Shown piece after piece: positions 24,011-34,729 of a stretch of DNA of 39,124 nucleotides (the stretch's first letter is position 1; each line of letters opens with the position of its first letter). This DNA comes from Atractiella rhizophila (taxonomy: Eukaryota). The translations under genes and the position numbers were made by a program. The notes beneath the pieces were generated by a model that had not been told where the DNA came from, did no database searches, and was given only the letters and a program-made list of their open reading frames with translations. The stretch is from NCBI GenBank assembly GCA_021432655.1, contig MU271222.1, positions 1 through 39,124 of the forward strand. The letters run 5' to 3'.

Positions 24011-25582
24011 CTATTCGTCCCCTTCCCCTGGCTCCCAAATGCCTGAACTCGGGCTCTTCCTGTACTTTCCCATCACACTCCTCGCAATCGCAATCTCCTC
24101 CGCACTCCACTGTCCAAAGAATAAACGAACCTCAAGATGTTTCCCTATCTTCTCTCCATCCTCCAGATGACCCTTCTCGATCCCCCTCACCCGCCAATCC
24201 CCAAAGAACCAGCGGATGACGTCTGGGGAGTCGAAGGAGTCCACTAAACAGTACCGGAGTGATATCCGCTTTATGCCCGTTGCATTTTTGAGGGTGCCAA
24301 AGAACTCGCGGGAAACGAGGTTTGACGTTTCTTCGCCGCCGTCAAGGAGCAGCTCTGTGAGGCTTGTGAGGTGTGATAAGTCGAGTGGAGTGGGTAGGAT
24401 GGTCCTCTTTCCATTGGCGGAGAAGGGGCCCAGCTCGATCTCGACATGTTCCAGAAGAGGCGGCAGAGGGTAGTCTGAGATGGAGGAAGGGAGTGGACAC
24501 ATATTGCAGACTTCGAGGTGTTTGATGGTGTGTGGGAGGGAGAGCGATGGTTGAGGCGGGTACTTATAGAGGTCTAGGAATTCGAGGCGAGGTAAGCGAA
24601 GACCTGCTGAGGCTGAAGCCGGAGAGTCTTCCACATCCCAAGCTTTGAGCTGTCTGATCCTGTCACCCATCCTCCACACAAAGTTTTCGATCTCCTCCTT
24701 CCTCCACTTTCTCGAACCGCTTTCAAACATGACAGCATCCACCCGATTCAAGCCTTCGATTGCATTCAACACAATCTTCGCCTCCTCTTCATTCCAGAAT
24801 GCACGCATCCGCACCAATTTGACAGCCGGCGAGCCCATGATGACCTCTTCCGCCATCCGAGCGTCCATACTTTCGTAAAAATCCAGCTCTTCCCACAAAC
24901 GTCCTATACCGGGATATTGTTTCAACCACTCATACTTTGTTGTCACAGAACCAGGTTCCTCCCAATAAGGAATCGCAATATCGCTCCAGAGCTTGCACAC
25001 GTTGGAGAGGATATGAGCGTTGTTGCAGAAACTAAATATGAGACAGAGGAGCTCCACAGGCAAGTGAGAGATTGAGCGGGGAGTAACATCTGGAGTTGGG
25101 ATGGAGAGTTGGATGATGTTAGCTGTGTGGAGGGATGGGAGGGATGACGATTCGTCGTTACTGATGGGGAAAAAGCCTTGTTCGGAGTATAAGGCCATGG
25201 GGGCGAATATGGCATTCTCTCGAGGGAGAGGAAACCTGCGAGTGTGTGGCTTATAAGACCTATCTCTTTTGAGAGCTGACAGATGCCCTTCGAACTCCAA
25301 AAGGGTTACTGTGACATTTTCACGGTTGATGAAAATGCAAAGGTTGATTACACCATCCTCGTCGACCCCATTTTTGACCCGTTCAAGTGATAAATGAGAT
25401 AATTTTGAGATAGGCACCCACCTCCCGTCCAATGAATGAGATAAGATCAACGAAATCTCGAGTGTGTGCACTGACGAAGGCAGGCGAGATAGGAAAGACG
25501 GGAGAATAGAGAGGTCGATCCTGTTGCCGCTGTTTACTGGGGTGATGAAATGGACCAGTGCCTTCATCTTTTGAGAAGACAC
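24011..25582 (-). CDS. F-box-like + LRR-like protein, copy 2 (~520 aa; first ATG at 25567)
   Basis: Open ORF with ISHLPVELLCLIFSF..LSNVCKLWSDIA, LxxLxL repeats and the conserved LDGGEETSNLVS and LFFGQWS motifs. Confidence 0.8.
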   Translation of the reverse strand: MSSQKMKALVHFITPVNSGNRIDLSILPSFLSRLPSSVHTLEISLILSHSLDGRWVPISKLSHLSLERVKNGVDEDGVINLCIFINRENVTVTLLEFEGHLSALKRDRSYKPHTRRFPLPRENAIFAPMALYSEQGFFPISNDESSSLPSLHTANIIQLSIPTPDVTPRSISHLPVELLCLIFSFCNNAHILSNVCKLWSDIAIPYWEEPGSVTTKYEWLKQYPGIGRLWEELDFYESMDARMAEEVIMGSPAVKLVRMRAFWNEEEAKIVLNAIEGLNRVDAVMFESGSRKWRKEEIENFVWRMGDRIRQLKAWDVEDSPASASAGLRLPRLEFLDLYKYPPQPSLSLPHTIKHLEVCNMCPLPSSISDYPLPPLLEHVEIELGPFSANGKRTILPTPLDLSHLTSLTELLLDGGEETSNLVSREFFGTLKNATGIKRISLRYCLVDSFDSPDVIRWFFGDWRVRGIEKGHLEDGEKIGKHLEVRLFFGQWSAEEIAIARSVMGKYRKSPSSGIWEPGEGDE

Positions 25583-26425
25583 GGCAGACTACTCCCCATA
25601 ACCCACGCACGTCAGAAGAGAAGAAAGCTGAAGGTGGAGAATAAACTGTGCCTTAATCGCATCATAAGCCCTTGGCATCCTCATCGTCAGCCTTGTCACC
25701 CAAATCACTCTTCTCATCTTCCTTCTCATCTTCCTTCCCATCCTGACAATTGAGACCATGATTTGACGACAAAGATCTGTGCGACTACCTAGATGAACAG
25801 GTTGATGGGAAATGAAGGAGAATGGGGAGATAGATGGATTGTTTGTTCTTGGCAATAGAAGGACGTGGTTATATGAGGCGGAAAACTTGGATTTCGGGAG
25901 GCTTTCACGATATTACGACCAGAGGGGTGACTCTAAGAATGAAAGAAGTGATTCAAGCGGTGGATGTGGGGAACGGACGTTGGACCCAGCCAGCTCCAAA
26001 GATTCCGTAGCTCCAGTCATGAACAGCTTGGTTTGATACTCCTCCCTCGCCTGCAATGACCACTTGACTTAGTTCACAAATTGCTAGCGGAGGAAGGGAA
26101 CATGATGGTGAATGTTGCGGTGATTCCCGAGTGGATACAAGGCCAAGCAGAGGACAAGAGGAGAGATGGTAGAGTTGAGAGGTTCGCGCCATTTGGCAGA
26201 GTCGAAGAAGGCCTTGAAGAGGAAATATCAGTCCCAGTTTGGGTTCGAGAGAAGTGTGTTTGCAAGATATTGTAGTTTGAATTACTCACGAATGACATCC
26301 AGCAAATTGCTCCCTCTTCACTCTTCCATTTCTCTTTCTTCCCCTTCGTCTTCAGCAATATATCGCTAACTGCTCCATATCCTTCATACTTCGGTTATCC
26401 TCCGCTCCATCCCTCATCATCCTCC

Positions 26426-27110
26426 ATTCACCTTCAAACTACATTGCCTTACATGACCAGGCGTGGCTTCTCAGTCATCTTTCTGCGTCCAGCAATTCTT
26501 TCTGTCGATTCCTGTGAAGGACGAAAGAGAACGAACTCTTTGAGCCTGTTAGCAAACGGGGTGAGGTCATCAACGATGTCTTCTTTGGTAGACAATGAGC
26601 AGTACGGTGATAACGAGGGAGGCGATGGCGATGATCTATTCATTCACCTTCGAACTACACTGCCTTACATGACCAGGCGTGGATTCTCAGTCATCGTTCT
26701 GCATCCCGCACTTCCCTCTTTTCTGTCCTAAGCAAGTGAACTGGAAGACGCTGCGGGATTCTGACGTATTCCGGTTGCTGCTGAAGGCGGTCGTTCGTCG
26801 AAGGAGAGGAGGAAGAGCGTCGCTCGATCGAGATGGAATTCAAACTTATCTTCTTCCTCGCGTCAAGTCAGGAAGCGATGCCCAGCGATGCCGCTATTCG
26901 AAGGGAAATAAGCATATGTTTATGCCTCAAGACTGAGAGTCGTGGGCAATCAGTTAATAACAGAGGTTCGTGTGAAGGATGAAGAATGAACTTTTTGAGC
27001 TTGTTTGCAAACGGCGTGAGGATCATGTCTTGGTAGATGATGAGCAACATGTCTTGGTAGATGATGAGCAGTCCAATGGGGACACGGAAGACGATGGCAA
27101 TGATCCGATG
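26426..27110. repeat. Cluster of local direct repeats in decayed sequence
   Basis: 26426-26498 ~ 26641-26715; 26514-26635 ~ 26971-27105; near-perfect 24-bp tandem CATGTCTTGGTAGATGATGAGCA at ~27024-27071. Confidence 0.75.
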
Positions 27111-28029
27111 TGACAACATGCAACGCGTCGGTTTCCGCTGCCTTTTAGTAGGACGTAGGATGGAAGCTAAGGCTGAGGTTGACATACTGAGGTTTTCTAA
27201 GCGATAAGGCATCTTCGAAGCGTCCTTCCAAGTCCTTTCACGCAATCCTCTTCCATCTACCTCTGCAAAAAAGAAGTCTCCAAGGGCCGTCCACCCATTT
27301 TTCGTCTTCCTCTTATCGACATCCTTGGTTCAAAATCCATTATAGACCTCGAGCTGCTTCTTCACTATGTCACTGGGATAAAGCTGGTTTGTGACTCCGT
27401 GGAGGGACGAGGAGTAATGTTCCCAGCAGAATCGAGGATGGTCTCCCTTCGACTGGTCATTGAATCCTCTAGTGAGTTCAGAGCCATGAATCCTGTTCCC
27501 TCGTCAACGAGGTGGTTCGACCCACTCTCCGTCCCTCCACGCGAGCTACTGGGCCGGCCTTTCCACACTCATTCAACTCTGCTCTAGCACTCCCTCTCCA
27601 GACGGTCCGGAAGGAAGGATACACAGGTGCGAGAATATCGGTCAGGCTGGGTGGTGATACGCTACCCAAATCTGATCTACTGGCAAGCGGAAGGGATTCA
27701 GTTGAACAGAAGCAGTTCGAATCGCCTTCGGATGGTCAGCTCGTCGAGCGTATGAGTACAGCTGCCGTCGTCAGCCTCCACCTATCGTATGAAAGGATGG
27801 CATACAAGCCACGGTGTCGCCTTTTGATGCTATCACGGTACAACAGATGTGAAATTTCTAGGGGCAGCCAGCACTGCTGACATGAAAGTGGGAGTAGTCT
27901 CCATTTGGATATGGCAGCAGAGTGTCAACAATGCCACACATCCTGCTTCATCGTATCGTGTGAAATCGGCACTGTAGACGGGAAAGAGTTGAAAGTAAAG
28001 AGGACACACAACACAGTCGATTCGCGTGA

Positions 28030-29200
28030 CCTTTCCGCTTCCATCTCCACATCCTTACTCTGCAACCAGAGGCTCACGCAATCCTTGTCTCATCTCATCA
28101 CCTTCCCTAAGTAGTCCTCGTTCCGATAGAAGCAGCACTGGCTCTCTCCCATGCCACCTCTCATCTCGAAACCCTTTGTCCCTCCAGGCCCTTCTTCTAT
28201 CATCATCCTCATCCTCTCATCCTCCATATCCTCGACATCAGCTCTCCATGTCCCCGTCTACGCCCGATTCCTCCTTCTCCTCCGTTCCGAAATCTTGCGC
28301 GTCACCGCTCCTTACCGGGACATTAGAGAATGAGGAGGCATCCAATTTGCTGAATATCCCCACATTGTTCCAGCTAGCTGGCTAAGGAAGTTGGAGGTGA
28401 ACAGCGAAGGCGACTGATGGACGCTCGACGTGTTCCTGCCAAAGTGTAAAAGCGGAAGGAGGGAGCAGGGGAGCGGAGGAAGGTCGTTCGTGCCAATCCA
28501 ACTGAGAACCTGTTGAGTGGTTATGTGATGGCGCGCTGACCGAAGAGCAGAGAGGTGGCAGTGGTGAATGTGTTTTCGACCTCTCCACCGCCGCACCCCC
28601 TACGGTCCTCACCCTCCTCCTCTTCAGGATATGCGTCCTGCTTGAAACAAACCATCCCCCTCCGTCTCCACCATGAACCGACCTAGCCGAACCCCCTTCG
28701 ATCAGCCCATCTCCCTCCCTGTCTTCACTCTGCCGCATGCTCCAACCAACCTGTCTCTGGGACTGCTCCTGCCGCTCTACTGGATAAGAGGAAGGAGGAA
28801 GGAGACGGAAGACGGGGAGCGAGACGTGGTATTTACTCTTGCGCTACGGGAGTAGATCCACTACGAATGCGCGTTGAGAGTCTGTGATGTGTCGGGTAGT
28901 GGTACTTCAGGGTTAGTGAAGGCAACAGCGGAGGGAGTGGCGGAGATGGAATGCAAGGCGGAGAGGTGGATTGATGGCTTGGTGAGCGAAGAGTGGTTCG
29001 TGCTTGTGCGGGGGAGAGTTTTGAGATCGGGAGGTGTGAGGGATGAAGAGGAGGCTCCGTTGTGGGAAAGGATGGTGGACCTAGCTGGACAAAATTGGAA
29101 TGAAGGGAAGAGCTGAGCATTACAACACATTGCCGACTCCCACTCCAAGTTGAATGATGTCATTCAATCCCGGCCGCAAAGTTAGCCGCTGCATTCCTCC
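28030..29200 (-). pseudogene. Family 'Y' copy, decayed
   Basis: Homologous to the other three Y copies; stops and frameshifts. Confidence 0.55.
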
Positions 29201-29319
29201 TCCACGGATCATCGACTTCTGGACATCATGTGGCTGACAAGCTGTTTAATGCAGGAGAAGTAATCAGGAGTAGACAAGTATGGCTACCCTCTGAAGATTG
29301 TGCGCGTGCTGCTCCAAGT

Positions 29320-29817
29320 TACCCTGTAAGTCTTCTGCTCTCTTATCGGTTTGACAGCAGATTGGTGATGAAGGTGAATTAAAGACCTCAAGCAGCTCGT
29401 GTTTGACATTTTATAGGTACGGGAATCCGAGTACACGCTCCTATTGCCGACGAAAGGATGCCAAAGGTCACCTTCCTTTCCTCCCCCACTTTACTCCCAC
29501 AAGGGCTAACACCACAATGCAGCCGCTCGGATAAAGCGTACACATCCCGACACAAACGCAACAGCCCTCAGTTGCTTCTCCCACCAAGAAATCCAAAGCA
29601 GTCAATTCCGCACAACCCGGCACGGCACCAAGGTCAAGATCCGAAGCTGAATACCTTTACTCTCTCCCTGCTTGCTGATGCCGAGAAGGTAGAGAAGCTC
29701 AAGCAGAGTCTCGCTCTTAGTACGTCGTCTCTTCGAGTTTATGGTGCTGGTATGAGTGCTATTGGCCAAGATCTGATGGTGGAGGTTATTGATGAGACCA
29801 CCAAGAAGGAGAAGTGA
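29320..29817 (+). pseudogene. RPL38: 60S ribosomal protein L38 (eL38) pseudogene with retained introns
   Basis: IA-RKDAK [intron 29467-29522] AARIKRT ... TKVKIRS* YLYSL .. DAEKVEKLKQSL [intron 29720-29770] .LMVEVIDETTKKEK*. This matches the eL38 pattern IARRKDA..ARIK..TKFKVRCSRYLYTL..DAEKAEKLKQSLPP, with frameshifts and a stop. Confidence 0.85.
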
Positions 29818-29939
29818 GTGAGGCTCGTTAGACGGGATTTCGTCTGTGTGCAACTATGTACATCGACTCTATATAAAAACTGACGATCATTGAACCGACT
29901 TACAGAGGAGGGACCTGACCATCGCAGTGATGTTGATTT

Positions 29940-30700
29940 ACATGGTTCAAACAGGTGCATCTTCAAGATCATGCCTTTTCATTCAGCATCTAACTAGACT
30001 GCTTTACAGCCAGTCCACGTCATTGTTCGATTCAAACGAGCTCCTTAATCTGCTCCATTCGTTATTGACGAGCCACTCCTGGATGGTGCAACAGCAATAA
30101 TGCCATGCGACTCCAGAGCACATCGAGTCGAGGTCCTCATTCTCCTTCAGACATAGATGTGGATGAAGATAGAGGCTGTGGAATTGACATTGAAAAAGCG
30201 AACGATCGAAGGGGAGCTTTGTGGATTGTATGTGAAACCCCTGTTGTTCTCATTTTCGTCTGTAGATTGGTCCAACAGTTGTCTCAACTGCACGAAGGTG
30301 CTTGCAACTTGTATTCTGCTATTCACAGTGCAGAGGACTTCATTCGCATTATAGCATGCGCAAACATATATGAACTTTCGCACTTTGTTCCTCGCCTCCT
30401 ATCTTGCCACCTTCCCGTCTGTCAATTCCGGGACTCGGCTTCGCAATGATCATACAAATTCATTTTTATTCACGGTTGCTGTCAAAAGAACATTTACTCA
30501 ACAAATCTAATCTTTGTTTGAACATGAGAGTAACGGACTTGATGTCTCAGCGCAAGTGGCATTGTCCTACCTCTCAATCTAAGCGTTGGACCTGGCTAGC
30601 AAAACAAGTGGTTGAGTCCCCCTGGCAAATTCTGTGCGTTCGCAGGTATGTCCTGCCGCCGTGGGGTGATGAGAGCGATGCGAGAGTCGGGAGTCTGATG
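29940..30700 (+). pseudogene. Family 'X' copy, convergent with F-box copy 3
   Basis: Aligns with 23225-23960; fragmented ORFs. Confidence 0.55.
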
Positions 30701-30708
30701 CAGTAGTT

Positions 30709-32424
30709 TCAGAGGTGTAGCCTGGGTCGGATTGTGCCTTCTACACTACTCCTTGCCCTCCCCTCCCCAGGCTCCCAAATACCTGACGTCATGCCCCAAA
30801 TATTTGACCGCTTGCTCCTTGGATACTTTCCCATCGTACTCCTCGCAATCACAATCTCCACCTCGCTCCACTCTCCAAAGAATAAACGAACCTCAAGATG
30901 TTTCCCTATCTCCGCTCCATCAACTCGATCCCCCTTTTCAATCCCCCTTACCTGCCAATCCCCAAAGAACCAGTGGATGAAGTCTGGGCAGTCGGACGAG
31001 TCCACCACACAGTACTTGACTCTTATCTCCTCGACCGCCTTTGCATTTTTGAGGGTGCTGAAGAACTCGTGGGAAACGAGGTTTGACGTTTCTTCGCCCC
31101 CGTCGAGGACCAGCTTGCTGAGGTGTGTGAGGTGTGAGAAGTCGAGCGGAGTGGATAGGATAGAGGTCTTTCCATCGGCGGAGAAGGGGGCCAGCTTGAT
31201 CCAGAGAATATTCAGAAGAGGCGGCAGAGGATAGTCTGAGATGGAGCAGGGGAGTGGACACATATTGGAGAGTCCGAGGCGCTTGAGGGTGCGTGGGAGG
31301 GAGAGCGATGACAGAGGCGGGTACTTGACAAGCTCTAGCCATTCGAGGCGAGAAGATAAGTGAAGGCCTTCTGAGGCTGAAGCGGGAGAGTCCTCCACAT
31401 CGTGAACGCTGAACCATCTGATCTTGTCACCCGTCCTCCGCACAAAGTTCTCGATCTCCTCCTTCCTCCACTTTCCCGAACCCCCATCTCCAAACATGAC
31501 GTCATCCACCCGTTTCAAGCCTTCGATTGCATTCAACACAATCTTCGCCTCCTCTTCGCTCCAACATGCATACATCACCACTTCCGTGACATTCGGCGAG
31601 CCCGCGATGATCTCCTCCGCCATCCCAAGATCCATACTTTCGTCAAACCACAGTCTGTTCCACAGTCGTCCAGCACCAGGATAGTGTTTCAATCGCTCAT
31701 ACTTTTCCACCACAGAATCAGGTTCACCCCAATAAGGAGCTGAAACGGTTCTCCAGAGCTGGCACACTTTAGAGAGGATGGAAGCGTCGCCGTGGTAGAA
31801 ACTGAATGTGAGAGAGAGGAGCTCGATCGGTAAGCGCGAGATGGTGCACGGAATAACATCTGGAGGTGGGACAGAGAGTTGGATGATGCTAGCTCTCCGG
31901 AGGGATTGGAGGGTTGGCGATTCGTCGTCACTGATGGGGGTGAAGCCTTCTGGTACGGAGTATGAGGCAATGGGGGCGAATATGGCATTCTTGCGAAAGA
32001 AAGGAAATGTGCGGGTATATGAATCACCATATGAAGCAAGTGGGTTGACCGCTGATTTGACATCTCTTTTGACAGTCAACGTATGCCCTTCAACATCCAA
32101 AAATGTTACTGACCCACTTTCGCTGTTGATGATAATGTGAAGATTAATTGCACCATCCTTGTTGACCGCATTCTCTACCCGTTCAAGTGATAAATGAGAC
32201 AATTTTGATGACATCTCTTCAAAGTCCCACCTGCTCAATGTTCGGGATAAGGCAAACGAAATCTGGAGCATGTGAATTGATGGAGGTAGGCGAGATAGGA
32301 AAGAGGGGAGAATGGAGAGGTGAATCGAGTCGGTCTCATTACTAGGGGTGATGACATGGACAAGTGCCCTCGAGTTTGGTTCTTGAGAGCCATGGCAAAG
32401 GCCAACCATTTGCTCCTCCGTCAT
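30709..32424 (-). CDS. F-box-like + LRR-like protein, copy 3 (571 aa)
   Basis: Open ORF with ISRLPIELLSLTFSF..LSKVCQLWRTVS and LxxLxL repeats; paralog of copies 1 and 2. Confidence 0.8.
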   Translation of the reverse strand: MTEEQMVGLCHGSQEPNSRALVHVITPSNETDSIHLSILPSFLSRLPPSIHMLQISFALSRTLSRWDFEEMSSKLSHLSLERVENAVNKDGAINLHIIINSESGSVTFLDVEGHTLTVKRDVKSAVNPLASYGDSYTRTFPFFRKNAIFAPIASYSVPEGFTPISDDESPTLQSLRRASIIQLSVPPPDVIPCTISRLPIELLSLTFSFYHGDASILSKVCQLWRTVSAPYWGEPDSVVEKYERLKHYPGAGRLWNRLWFDESMDLGMAEEIIAGSPNVTEVVMYACWSEEEAKIVLNAIEGLKRVDDVMFGDGGSGKWRKEEIENFVRRTGDKIRWFSVHDVEDSPASASEGLHLSSRLEWLELVKYPPLSSLSLPRTLKRLGLSNMCPLPCSISDYPLPPLLNILWIKLAPFSADGKTSILSTPLDFSHLTHLSKLVLDGGEETSNLVSHEFFSTLKNAKAVEEIRVKYCVVDSSDCPDFIHWFFGDWQVRGIEKGDRVDGAEIGKHLEVRLFFGEWSEVEIVIARSTMGKYPRSKRSNIWGMTSGIWEPGEGRARSSVEGTIRPRLHL

Positions 32425-33287
32425 TCTTTGAGAAGAGGCAGCAAACTAGAAGTCATAACCCATCTTAGATGAGAAGAAAGCCGAAGTTGGAGATGAAATC
32501 ATGCCTGGATGGTGTCATCAGCAGGGGTTAACCTCCTCCTTACACTCCTCATCTTGACGGGATCGAAACTGTGACGAAGCCTGATGAGAATGAGCCGAGG
32601 TCCAAACTGTGAGCTGTGAGACAGCCTTGACGAATAGTTTGTGGGAGAATCAAGGTGAAGGGCAAGATCGATGTATCGTTTTGGAGTTAGGGGATTGAAG
32701 GACTTTGCCTGCTGTATACATGATGTGGAGAACTCGGACTTACTTCAGCAGGACGACCGTCTGGTTCGTGTTGGGCAATGGAGAAACGACCTTCTTTGAT
32801 TAATGAACAAATCGATTCAAACAGAGCAAGGGGACTGACCTAGATTGGTCAAGTTGGTTTGTTGGCACGTCCGTACCTAGATCCCGTGGTCAATACACCT
32901 GGCTTCCCACACACAACCATAGCAAGTCGAGCTACTTCACAACTTGTTCTGAGGAGGAAGAGAAGTACTGATTGAAGCCGCTTTCGTTGAGAGTAGGTAC
33001 TGTAGGCAAGTGGGCTGGCGGAGGACAAAGGACGGTAGAGGGAGTTGATCCATCGATGTACGAGTGTTCGGAAGAATGTTGAAATGAAATGTTCGCCCTG
33101 ATCAGGCTTGAATGGAGGGAGCTCCAGGAGCTACGACGCAGGTAAATTGCCTCTTGATTCGTGTTGATTGATGATTGATCTGTTGGTGTCAGTGCCAACA
33201 AAGCAAACAAAACACATCACGCATCACATCGTAATAGCGTCCGCAACTCTGTCCACAAACAACTTGGCTAGTTTTGACCTGACCGAA

Positions 33288-34410
33288 ATGGGAATAGATC
33301 CCAGTCCCGGGACGTCTTATCGTGGCAAAGACAGAGATAGAGACTGGGGAGAACGAAAAAAGGATCACCGTGGTCGTGAAGGCAGAGATAGGAGCAGGAG
33401 CAGGAGCTTAGAGCGTGAGATGGACAGAGAGCGTACGTTATTCCATACAGATTGAGAACGGTGGTTCATGCGTATTAGGGTCGCGTGAACGTCACAGCCA
33501 CCGGGAGCGAGAGGGAAGAAGACGCTCTCGTTCTCGTTCCAGGGAGAGGCGGACAGAGAGGAGGGAGCGTTCCCGCTCCCGCTCGAGGGACAGAGATAGG
33601 AAGAGGAAACGCTCCCGATCTCCAGGTCTGTCCTTCCTTACCTCTGTTTAATGTATCCTCGTATTGAAAAAAAGTGAACGGCAGAAAGGCGCTCACGCTC
33701 TTCATCCCTCTCTTCCACCTCACATCGTCGACTAAAGAAAGAGAAGAAGGGAAAGCGGCGGGATGAAACTTCTGCGGAGCGTGCGGCGAGGAAGGAAAGG
33801 AAGAGGGAGAAGAAGGCTCGGAAGGAGGAGAAGCGGAAGAAGAAGGAAGGAGGGGGTGGCGGAGTGGAGTGGGGAAAGTATGGGGTTATTTCTGAATCTG
33901 GTTCGTCTGCCTCCTTCCTTTCTAGCCTCTTTCTGTTCAGTAATATGTTGGCCGTGAGAATTGACTAAACGATACGGTGGAACAGACATATTCGAGAAGG
34001 AAGCGGAATTCAGGCTCTGGTTGGTCGAGGAACGCTTCATCAACCCCGAAACACTCCCAAAATCCAAAGAAAAAGAGCTCTTCCGCACCTTCGTCGAAGA
34101 CTACAACACCGCCACCCTCCCACACTCCAAATACTACTCTCTGGCCTCTCACTCTGCCCAACTCTCCGCGCTCCGAATGGGGGAGTCGCTCGTCTCTACG
34201 TCGGAGACGTACGACGCGAGGGCGGACGAGGAGGCGTTGAGGAAGAGTTTTAGGAGGGAGAGGAAGGAGGAGGATAGTTTTAGGAGTCGGGAGGAGTTGG
34301 AACAGTTGAGGAGGATCGAGAGGGAGAGGGTGGAGAGAGCGAAGATGGAGAGGTTGGGGATGGAGGTTAAGGCTAGTATGGGGGTGAGATATGATACCGA
34401 ATATGAGTGA
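33288..34410 (+). CDS. Conserved uncharacterised RS/K-rich, probably nuclear, protein (4 exons)
   Basis: Introns 33433-33478, 33626-33684 and 33901-33985 splice in frame. RS dipeptides precede a WGKYGVISESD..EFRLWLVEER..FVEDYNTATLPHSKYY domain. Confidence 0.85.
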
Positions 34411-34729
34411 TCACTTTCTTATTTCTATTCTTTTTTTTCTTGCTTGGTTGTTGGGAGCGAAAAAGATATGTATATCACCATAAATACCTATGAACATTCG
34501 TACCACATACTTCAACCACTCAATCTGAAGATGCTCGGAGCTAAGAAAAAGGAATGTTGAGAGGTACAATGGTGCAGATGAATGCGATAAGAAGAGGCTG
34601 CCAGATCCGTGAAAGAGTCCGTTCAAACCAACCGAAGCGAAAGCATCTGGTCCAAGAAGTCATCGACATCCATTCCGATAGAACCAAAACCTGAAGGAGA
34701 GATGTACTGGTCGTGAAAGATCCGGGAGA

